64,000 nt of DNA from Balanoglossus misakiensis. Its lineage: Eukaryota > Animalia > Hemichordata. Below, piece by piece: positions 54,890 through 64,000 of this stretch. The stretch covers positions 62,001 to 126,000 of the forward strand of contig JBECUI020000027.1 of assembly GCA_040954595.2 (NCBI GenBank). Reading direction: 5' to 3'. The notes beneath the pieces were generated by a model. That model was not told the origin of the DNA, made no database searches, and worked only from the letters and a program-made list of their open reading frames with translations. How positions within the stretch are numbered: the stretch's first letter is position 1; every line of letters starts with the position of its first letter. The position numbers and the translations under genes were made by a program.

Positions 54890-55557
54890 CCTACCTCCCG
54901 GGCCGCCGGGGGCTAAACCGAGCCACACAGCCCCGGGGACGCCGACTCCCGAAGCGGCACCGGCATCGCTGGACCGAAGCAGGCGGGGCCTTAAAGTTTA
55001 GTGCCCACTACCCTCCGGGCCGCCAGGGGCTAAACCGAACCACACAGCCTCGGGGACGACGCCTCACGAAGCGGCACCAGCATCGCTGGACCGAAGCAGG
55101 CGGGGCCTTAAAGTTTAGTGCCCCAGGGCCTGCCGGGGCTAAACCGAACCACACAGCCTCGGGGAGGCCGCCTCACGAAGCGGCACCGGCATCGCTGGAC
55201 CGACACAGGCGGGGCCTTAAAGTTTAGTGCCCCCGGGCCGCCGGGGCTAAACCGAGCCACACAGCCTCGGGGAGACCGCCTCACGAAGCGGCACCGGCAT
55301 CGCTGGACCGAAGCAGGCGGGGCCTTAAAGTTTCGTGCCCACTACCCTCCGGGCCCGCCGGGGCTAAACCGAAGACCACAGCCTCGGGGACGCCGCCTCA
55401 CGAAGCGACACCAGCATCGCTGGACCGAAGCAGGCGGGGCCTTAAAGTTTAGTGCCCACTACCCTCCGGGCCGCCAGGGGCTAAACCGAACCACACAGCC
55501 TCGGGGAGGCCGCCTCACGAAGCGGCACCGGCATCGCTGGACCGAAGCAGGCGGGGC
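54890..55557. repeat. Array of 6 GC-rich 108-117 bp units
   Basis: GCTAAACCG anchors at 54912, 55029, 55138, 55246, 55363, 55480. Confidence 0.93.
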
Positions 55558-55563
55558 TCTTGT

Positions 55564-57181
55564 CTATTCGGTTAGATAATCGCTTTCTCCCGTGTAGTTT
55601 ACCGCCTTTACCCGGTATGTTAATCCCTGCCATTTCTGCACGTCATGAAAGCTAAGCTCCTGAGTATACTCACCTTCAGCGTTATATGCCGACACAACAC
55701 CAAGGCTCAGCCAGGACTCCCCTCCGTCTCTGCTGTACTCCACGACATAGCCCGAAGGCGCATCGGTATCCACCGTGATGGCGTTAGTAGAATAGGGTGT
55801 GTAGACTGTTCTTTGGTTAAGAGATGAAGCTGTCCAACTCAACTGGTAACCGTTGTTGTAATTCACACCTAAACCGCTCGGCGACGGGGGAACTAAGGGA
55901 CTCGTATAGATACTGTATAAGAAGTTAGCACGCTCCCCTGCAAAAAATAAGTCTATATACAGGTAAAATCTATAGGCAAAGTTTGGTAAATCTTCACTTT
56001 GGATAACATTCCTCTCATCTTCTAAAATATTAGCACCAATCGCTGGAGTCTCAAAATCTTTCCAATAGATATACTCACTGGCAGAATAGGCATCGACCCG
56101 ATTCTGACTAGCAAGACTACGGGGAGTCGCTCCATTGACCAAGCTTTCTTTTGCATCAAAAAATCTGAGGTCATAGAGGGAGGCATCGGCATCCGGACCC
56201 CCTGTAAATCCCTTTGTTACCCCAAAATTCCATATCATATCGGTAATGCTGGGGGCCAATGTCTCCACCGTCAATCGAGCATAGGCAGGAACATAACCGA
56301 GGTTATCTCTGTCGAACCAGGGCTTTGTGTATTCCTTTGTTAGTCCATAGAAGCCTCCTGTAGTTCCAACTAAGGAAAGGTTTAGTCTTGCGGCATAGGT
56401 GGAAACCTTAAGGGATGCAGAAGTTTGCGTTTCTCCCTGGGCGTTTTTGGAAACTATCCTGTAGTGATATTGCGTTCCCCCCTGTAGTGAATCATCTTCA
56501 TACGTTTCTGCAGAAAGATTCTCAGCCAGGGTTTCCCACCTTGTAGCGTCTACAGAGCGTTCAACGGCGTAACTTGAGGTGCTCGCGTCTATGCTCCGCC
56601 AGGCTATTTTTATCTGATCAGCGCTTACGAACATGGGCTGGAGACCGACCACGGGTAAGAACTGCGCTGGGGTAAAAGCTTTGATACTCTTTAACGTGTA
56701 GGTGCTTTCCTCTCCGTTCTCAGCAGTGATGATAATCGTGTAGCTTTGGTCATTATCTGAAAAGTCAAAACGATATTGGTTGGAGCTAATGATTTCGTCA
56801 TTGATAGATAGTGTGGCCTTCTGCGAGATATCAAAGATCAAAACAACATGGGTGGCTGTGGCTTCATCAGTGCGGCTAAGGGTGATGGTTTTGCTTGTTT
56901 CATCAAGTTCTACTCTGACGCCAAGGGTGTCGCTTTGGGGGGCGACCGTGTTAATGAAAGATTGATCCGACTTAGGTAGGTCACAGGAGAAAAAAACCAT
57001 GACTATTCCGAGAACAAGAGAGGCAAAACTGAGCTTATGCTGGATTAACTTAGATAACGATCTTCGTGCGCGTGGATGGGTGAGTGAGTGAGTGAGTGAG
57101 TGAGTGAGTGAGTGAGTGAGTGAGTGAGTGAGTGAGTGAGTTTTTACTCACTTCACAGCCGTTTTGATGGATATGTTTCAT
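55564..57181 (-). CDS. Phase-variable surface lipoprotein paralogue A (cadherin-like, FN3, variable domain, FN3), out of frame
   Basis: ATG 57181; (ACTC)15; lipobox FFSC; distance to body ATG 181 nt; FN3 motifs W....SY.VERS.D...W and Y.D..L..GT.Y.YRI. Confidence 0.85.
57082..57141 (-). repeat. (ACTC)15 simple sequence repeat in the leader of locus 2
   Basis: 60 nt of GAGT. Confidence 0.97.
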
Positions 57182-57483
57182 TGCATTTTCCTCATCTTAT
57201 ATAGAATTTATTTCAGGGTAAGCCAAGTACCCTTTAACCTTGATAGTTTAACACAGTTATTGCTGCTTATCTACACCCTTTCCTTGTTTGTCTATTTTTT
57301 TGCTCCTAGGGGGGGGGATAGTGCGGAGCCTAGTTGATGGTTCAATCGGCCTAGGATTCCTGAACTTGCCTGAACCTTTTTAAAAAGGCAGCACCTAAGC
57401 GATGTCTTGGGGGAAGCGATTGGTTATTCTTAGGCCGATTCCGCCATCTGGAGGCTGGGGCGGGGCCTTAAGGGTTGGCGGGC

Positions 57484-58020
57484 CCTACCTCCCGGGCCGC
57501 CGGGGGGCTAAACCGAGCCACAGAGCCTCGGGGACGACGCCTCACGGAGCGGCACCAGCATCGCTGGACCGAAGCAGGCGGGGCCTTAAAGTTTAGTGCC
57601 CCCGGGCCCGCCGGGGCTAAACCGAGCCACACAGACTCGGGGAGGCCCGCCTCACGAAGCGACACCAGCATCACTGGACCGACACAGGCGGGGCCTTAAA
57701 GTTTAGTGCCCCCGGGCCCGCCGGGGCTAAACCGAGCCACACAGACTCGGGGAGGCCGCCTCACGAAGCGACACCAGCATCGCTGGACCGAAGCAGGCGG
57801 GGCCTTAAAGTTTAGTGCCCCCGGGGCTGCCGGGGCTAAACCGAGCCACACAGCCTCGGGGACGACGCCTCCAGAAGCGGCACCAGCATCGCTGGACCGA
57901 AGCAGGCGGGGCCTTAAAGTTTAGTGCCCCCGGGCCCGCCAGGCTAAACCGAGCCACACAGCCTCGGGGAGACCGCCTCACGAAGCGGCACCGGCATCGC
58001 TGGACCGAAACAGGCGGGGC
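57484..58020. repeat. Array of 5 GC-rich 108-110 bp units
   Basis: Anchors at 57507, 57616, 57726, 57835, 57943. Confidence 0.93.
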
Positions 58021-58026
58021 TCTTGT

Positions 58027-59648
58027 CTATTCAGTTAGATAATCGCTTTCTCCCGTGTAGTTTACTGCCTTTACCCGGTATGTTAATCCCTGCCATTTCT
58101 GCACGTCATGAAAGCTAAGCTCCTGAGTATACTCACCTTCAGCGTTATATGCCGACACAACACCAAGGCTCAGCCAGGACTCCCCTCCGTCTCTGCTGTA
58201 CTCCACGACATAGCCCGAAGGCGCATCGGTATCCACCGTGATGGCGTTACTAGAATAGGGTGTGTAGACTGTTCTTTGGTTAAGAGATGAAGCTGTCCAA
58301 CTCAACTGGTAACCGTTGTTGTAATTCACTCCTAAACCGCTCGGCGACGGGGGAGCTAAGGGACTCGTATAGATACTGTATGAGAAATAAGCACTCTCCC
58401 CTGCAAAAAAGAAGTTTACAAATAGGTTAAATCTATAAGCAAAATTGGGTAAATCTTCACTTTGGATGACATTACTCTCATCTTCTAAAATATTAGTGCC
58501 AATATGTGGAATCTCAAAATCTTTCCAATAGATATACTCACTGGCAGAATAGGCATCGACCCGTTGCTGAGTAGCAAGAGCACGGTAAGTCGCTCCATTA
58601 ACCAAGCTTTCTTTTGCATCATAAAATTGGATTATATAGAGGAAGGCATCGTTATCCGCCCCCCCTGTAAATCCCTTTGTTACCCCAAAATTCCATATCA
58701 TATCGGTAATGCTGGGGGCCAATGTCTCCACCGTCAATCGAGAATAGGCAGGAGCATACTTGTTGGCTTCTGATAGATCAGCTACCCAGGGCTTTGTGTA
58801 TTCCTTTGTTAGTCCATAGGTCCCTCCGCTCCCTCCGCTTCCTCGAGAGTAAGTGGAAACCTTAAGGGATGCAGAAGTTTGCGTTTCTCCTTGGGAGTTT
58901 TTGGAAACTATCCTGTAGTGATATTGCGTTCCCGCCTGTAGTGAATCATCTTCATACGTTTCTGCAGAAAGATTCTCAGCCAGGGTTTCCCACGTTGTGC
59001 CATCTGCAGAGCGTTCCACGGCGTAACTTGAGGTACTTGCGTCTATGCTCCGCCAGGCTATTTTTACCTGATCAGCGCTTACGAACATGGGCTGGAGACC
59101 GACCACGGGTAAGAACTGCGCTGGGGTAAAAGCTTTGATATTCTTTAACGTGTAGGTGCTTTCCTCTCCATTCTCAGCAGTGATGATAATCGTGTAGCTT
59201 TGGTCATTATCTGAAAAGTCAAAACGATATTGGTTGGAGCTAATGATTTCGTCATTGATAGATAGCGTGGCCTTCTGCGAGATATCAAAGATCAAAACAA
59301 CATGGGTGGCTGTGGCTTCACCAGTGCGGCTAAGGGTGATGGTTTTGCTTGTTTCATCAAGTTCTACGGTGACGCCAAGGGTGTCGCTTTGGGGGGCGAC
59401 CGTGTTAATGAAAGATTGATCCGACTTAGGTAGGTCACAGGAGAAAAAAACCATGACTATTCCGAGAACAAGAGAGGCAAAACTGAGCTTATGCTGGATT
59501 AACTTAGATAACGATCTTCGTGCGCGTGGAGTGAGTGAGTGAGTGAGTGAGTGAGTGAGTGAGTGAGTGAGTGAGTGAGTGAGTGAGTGAGTGAGTGAGT
59601 GAGTGAGTTTTTACTCACTTCACAGCCGTTTTGATGGATATGTTTCAT
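58027..59648 (-). CDS. Phase-variable surface lipoprotein paralogue B, out of frame
   Basis: ATG 59648; (ACTC)20; distance to body ATG 194 nt; most divergent central domain. Confidence 0.85.
59529..59608 (-). repeat. (ACTC)20 simple sequence repeat in the leader of locus 3
   Basis: 80 nt of GAGT. Confidence 0.97.
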
Positions 59649-59949
59649 TGCATTTTCCTCATCTTATATAGAATTTATTTCAGGGTAAGCCAAGTACCCT
59701 TTAACCTTGATAGTTTAACACAGTTATTGCTGCTTATCTACACCCTTTCCTTGTTTGTCTATTTTTTTGCTCCTAGGGGGGGGATAGTGCGGAGCTTGGT
59801 TTATGGTTCAATCGGCCTAGGATTCCTGAACTTGTCTGAACCTTTTTAAAAAGGCAGCACCTAAGCGATGTCTTGGGGGAAGCAATTGGTTGTTCTTAGG
59901 CCGATTTCGCCATCTGGAGGCTGGGGCGGGGCCTTAAGGGTTGGCGGGC

Positions 59950-60820
59950 CCTACCTCCCGGGCCGCCAGGGGCTAAACCGAGCCACACAGACTCGGGGAC
60001 GACGCCTCACGAAGCGGCACCAGCATCGCTGGACCGACACAGGCGGGGCCTTAAAGTTTAGTGCCCCCGGGCTGCCGGGGCTAAACCGAAGACCACAGCC
60101 TCGGGGACGACGCCTCACGAAGCGACACCAGCATCGCTGGACCGAAGCAGGCAGGGCCTTAAAGTTTAGTGCCCCGGGCTGCCGGGGCTAAACCGAGCCA
60201 CACAGCCTCGGGGACGCCGACTCCAGAAGCGGCACCGGCATCGCTGGACCGACACAGGCGGGGCCTTAAAGTTTAGTGCCCCCGGGCTGCCGGGGCTAAA
60301 CCGAACCACACAGCCTCGGGGACGCCGACTCCCGAAACGGCACCGGCATCGCTGGACCGACACAGGCGGGGCCTCAAAGTTTAGTGCCCCGGGCTGCCGG
60401 GGCTAAACCGAGCCACACAGCCTCGGGGAGGCCGCCTCCAGAAGCGGCACCGGCATCGCTGGACCGAAGCAGGCGGGGCCTTAAAGTATAGTGCCCCCGG
60501 GCTGCCGGGGCTAAACCGAGCCACACAGCCTCGGGGAGGCCGCCTCACGAAGCGGCACCGGCATCGCTGGACCGAAACAGGCGGGGCCTTAAAGTTTAGT
60601 GCCCACTACCCCCGGGCCGCCGGGAGCTAAACCGAGCCACACAGCCTCGGGGACGACGCCTCACGAAGCGGCACCGGTATCGCTGGACCGAAGCAGGCGG
60701 GGCCTTAAAGTTTAGTGCCCACTACCCCCCGGGTCACCAGGGGCTAAACCGAGCCACACAGCCTCGGGGACGACGCCTCACGAAGCGGCACCAGCATCGC
60801 TGGACCGACACAGGCGGAGC
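59950..60820. repeat. Array of 8 GC-rich 107-117 bp units
   Basis: Anchors at 59972, 60080, 60187, 60295, 60402, 60510, 60626, 60743. Confidence 0.93.
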
Positions 60821-60826
60821 TCTTGT

Positions 60827-62445
60827 CTATTCGGTTAGATAATCGCTTTCTCCCGTGTAGTTTACCGCCTTTACCCGGTATGTTAATCCCTGCCATTTCT
60901 GCACGTCATGAAAGCTAAGCTCCTGAGTATACTCACCTTCAGCGTTATATGCCGACACAACACCAAGGCTCAGCCAGGACTCCCCTCCGTCTCTGCTGTA
61001 CTCCACGACATAGCCTGAAGGGGCGTCGGTATTCACGGTAATGGCGTTAGTAGAATAGGGTGTGTAGACTGTTTTTTGGTTAAGAGATGAAGCTGTCCAA
61101 CTCAACTGGTAACCGTTGTTGTAATTCACTCCTAACCCGCTCGGCGACTGGGGAGCTAAGGGACTCGTATAGATACTGTATAAGAAGTTAGCACGCTCCC
61201 CTGCAAAAAATAAGTCTATATACAGGACAAATCTATAGGCAAAATTTGGTAAATCTTCACTTTGGATAACATTACTCTCATCTTCTAAAATATTAGCGCC
61301 AATCTTTTGAGTCCCAAGATCTTTCCAATAGATATACTCACTGGCAGAATAGGCATCGACCCGTTGCTGAGTAGCAAGAGTACGGGGAGTCGCTCCATTG
61401 ACCAAGCTTTCTTTTGCATCAAAAAATGTGAGTTCATAGATGGAGGCATCGGCATGCGGCCCCCCTGTAAATCCCTTTGTTACCCCAAAATTCCATATCA
61501 TATCGGTAATGCTGGGGGCCAATGTCTCCACCGTCAATCGAGCATAGGCAGGAGCATAACCGAGGTTATCTCTGTCGAACCAGGGCTGCGTGTATTCCTT
61601 TGTTAGTCCATAGAAGCCTCCTGTAGTTCCAACTAAGGAAAGGTTTAGTCTTGCGGCATAGGTGGAAACCTTAAGGGATGCAGAAGTTTGCGTTTCTCCT
61701 TGGGCGTTTGTGGAAACTATCCTGTAGTGATATTGCGTTCCCGACTGTAGTGAATCATCTTCATACGTTTCTGCAGAAAGATTCTCAGCCAGGGTTTCCC
61801 ACCTTGTAGCGTCTGCAGAGCGTTCCACGGCGTAACTTAAAGTACTTGCGTCTATGCTCCGCCAGGCTATTTTTATCTGATCAGCGCTTACGAACATGGG
61901 CTGGAGACCGACCACGGGTAAGAACTGTGCTGGGGTAAAAACTTTGATACTCTTTAACGTGTAGGTGCTTTCCTCTCCGTTCTCAGCAGTGATGATAATC
62001 GTGTAGCTTTGGTCATTATCTGAAAAGTCAAAACGATATTGGTTGGAGCTAATGATTTCGTCATTGATAGATAGCGTGGCCTTCTGCGAGATATCAAAGA
62101 TCAAAACAACATGGGTGGCTGTGGCTTCATCAGTGCGGCTAAGGGTGATGGTTTTGCTTGTTTCATCAAGTTCTACGGTGACGCCAAGAGTGTCGCTTTG
62201 GGGGGCGACCGTGTTAATGAAAGATTGATCCGACTTAGGTAGGTCACAGGAGAAAAAAACCATGACTATTCCGAGAACAAGAGAGGCAAAACTGAGCTGG
62301 GGCCGGATTAACTTAGATAACGATCTTCGTACGCGTGGAGGGGGTGAGTGAGTGAGTGAGTGAGTGAGTGAGTGAGTGAGTGAGTGAGTGAGTGAGTGAG
62401 TGAGTTTTTACTCACTTCACAGCCGTTTTGATGGATATGTTTCAT
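60827..62445 (-). CDS. Phase-variable surface lipoprotein paralogue C, out of frame
   Basis: ATG 62445; (ACTC)15 plus G5 tract; distance to body ATG 182 nt. Confidence 0.85.
62346..62405 (-). repeat. (ACTC)15 simple sequence repeat in the leader of locus 4
   Basis: 60 nt of GAGT. Confidence 0.97.
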
Positions 62446-62747
62446 TGCATTTTCCTCATCTTATATAGAATTTATTTCAGGGTAAACCAAGTACCCTTTA
62501 ACCTTGATAGTTTAACACAGTTATTGCTGCTTATCTACACCCTTTCCTTGTTTGTCTATTTTTTTGCTCCTAGAGGGGGGATAGTGCGGAGCTTGGTTTA
62601 TGGTTCAATCGGCCTAGGATTCCTGAACTTGCCTGTACCTTTTTAAAAAGGCAGCACCTAAGCGATGTCTTGGGGGAAGCGATTGGTTATTCTTAGGCCG
62701 ATTCCGCCATCTGGAGGCTGGGGCGGGGCCTTAAGGTTAGGATGGGC

Positions 62748-62964
62748 CTTACCCCCCGGGCCGCCAGGGGCTAAACCGAGCCACACAGCCTCGGGGACGC
62801 CGCCTCACGGAGCGACACCAGCATCGCTGGACCGAAACAGGCGGGGCCTTAAAGTTTAGTGCCCACTACCCTCCGGGCCGCCAGGGGCTAAACCGAACCA
62901 CACAGCCCAGGGGAGACAACATCACGAAGCGGTACCGGCATCGCTGGACCGAAACAGGCGGGGC
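62748..62964. repeat. Array of 2 GC-rich 117 bp units
   Basis: Anchors at 62770 and 62887. Confidence 0.9.
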
Positions 62965-62970
62965 TCTTGT

Positions 62971-64000
62971 CTATTCGGTTAGATAATCGCTTTCTCCAGT
63001 GTAGTTTACTGCCTTTACCCGGTATATCAATCCCTGCCATCTCTGCACGTCATGAAAGCTAAGCTCCTGAGTATACTCACCTTCAGCGTTATATGCCGAC
63101 ACAACACCAAGGCTCAGCCAAGACTCCCCTCCGTCTCTGCTGTACTCCACGACATAGCCCGAAGGCGCATCGGTATCCACCGTGATGGCGTTACTAGAAT
63201 AGGGTGTGTAGACTGTTTTTTGGTTAAGAGATGAAGCTGTCCAACTCAACTGGTAACCGTTGTTGTAATTCACTCCTAAACCGCTCGGCGACGGGGGAAC
63301 TAAGGGACTCGTATAGATACTGTATAAGAATTTAGCACTATTCCCTGCAAAAAATAAGTCTATATACAGGTAAAATCTATAGGCAAAGTTTGGTAAATCT
63401 TCACTTTGGATAACATTCCTCTCATCTTCTAAAATATTAGTGCCACTATCTTGACTCCCAAAATCTTTCCAATAGATATACTCACTGGCAGAATAGGCAT
63501 CGACCCGATTCTGACTAGCAAGAGGACGGGGAGTCGCTCCATTGACCAAGCTTTCTTTTGCATCAAAAAAGTCGACTTGATAGAGGGAGGCATCGGCATG
63601 CGGCCCCCCTGTAAATCCCTTTGTTACCCCAAAATTCCATATCATATCGGTAATGCTGGGGGCCAATGTCTCCACCGTCAATCGAGCATAGGCAGGAGCA
63701 TAACCGAGGTTATATCTGTCGAACCAGGGCTTTGTGTATTCCTTTGTTAGTCCATAGGATTGTGCATCTCCAGCTAAGGAAATGTTTAGTCTTGCGGCAT
63801 AGGTGGAAACCTTAAGGGATGCAGAAGTTTGCGTTTCTCCTTGGGCGTTTTTGGAAACTATCCTGTAGTGATATTGCGTTCCCGACTGTAGTGAATCATC
63901 TTCATACGTTTCTGCAGAAAGATTCTCAGCCAGGGTTTCCCACGTTGTAGCGTCTGCAGAGCGTTCAACGGCGTAACTTGAGGTACTTGCGTCTATGCTC
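62971..64000 (-). CDS. Surface lipoprotein paralogue D, 5' end outside the window
   Basis: Frame stays open upstream of the ORF-track TTG at 63681 (..KVSTYAARLNISLAGDAQSYGLTKEY..) and the DNA aligns with paralogues A-C to the window edge. Confidence 0.88.
   Translation of the reverse strand, partial: SIDASTSSYAVERSADATTWETLAENLSAETYEDDSLQSGTQYHYRIVSKNAQGETQTSASLKVSTYAARLNISLAGDAQSYGLTKEYTKPWFDRYNLGYAPAYARLTVETLAPSITDMIWNFGVTKGFTGGPHADASLYQVDFFDAKESLVNGATPRPLASQNRVDAYSASEYIYWKDFGSQDSGTNILEDERNVIQSEDLPNFAYRFYLYIDLFFAGNSAKFLYSIYTSPLVPPSPSGLGVNYNNGYQLSWTASSLNQKTVYTPYSSNAITVDTDAPSGYVVEYSRDGGESWLSLGVVSAYNAEGEYTQELSFHDVQRWQGLIYRVKAVNYTGESDYLTE

Noticed and set aside
54808-62859. + strand ORFs (MSWGKRL.., RHRHRWTEAGGALKFS..) and MMDMFHC.. 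ORFs
   Set aside because: Frames break inconsistently between copies; they are by-products of repeated non-coding or promoter DNA
54890-62964. GC-rich arrays as CRISPR or TIGR-like guide arrays
   Set aside because: Units are similar along their whole length with only a few recurring alleles; there are no unique spacers and no cas or other effector genes in the window
54890-62964. GC-rich units as integron attC sites
   Set aside because: GCTAAAC/GTTTAGT only loosely resemble RYYYAAC/GTTRRRY; the genes have their own promoters and no integrase is visible
55564-64000. Diversity-generating retroelement as the source of lipoprotein variation
   Set aside because: No reverse transcriptase or template repeat in the window; variation is central, includes indels and is not evidently adenine-restricted (an RT outside the window cannot be excluded)

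Overview
Bacterial chromosomal window, most likely a spirochaete (inferred from F/L-F-S-C lipoboxes, spirochaete-style binding-protein leaders, archaeal-type cytidylate kinase and a TroR/DtxR-like repressor). 0.9-50.8 kb is mostly metabolic and housekeeping: an amidohydrolase, pntAB (split alpha), monomeric icd, three sugar ABC systems with catabolic enzymes and LacI/IclR regulators, and cmk, murC, dusA-mtaB-miaB, lipA, interspersed with pseudogenes. Two regions stand out. (1) 53.1-64 kb is a tandem array of at least five surface-lipoprotein genes. The four with a visible 5' end each carry the same ~0.5 kb expression module, in which an (ACTC)15-20 tetranucleotide tract sits inside the signal-peptide coding region. 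All four are out of frame in this assembly. Four paralogues have a conserved scaffold with hypervariable, mosaic patches, and the genes are separated by arrays of 2-8 GC-rich 107-117 bp hairpin repeats. This looks like an opa-like phase- and antigenic-variation system that the ORF track mis-starts. (2) 24.4-29.5 kb is a seven-unit tandem amplification of a dead IS256 left end carrying 16 copies of a 30-bp GTAG-type REP palindrome. All calls are by eye from the sequence and ORF track; no searches were run.
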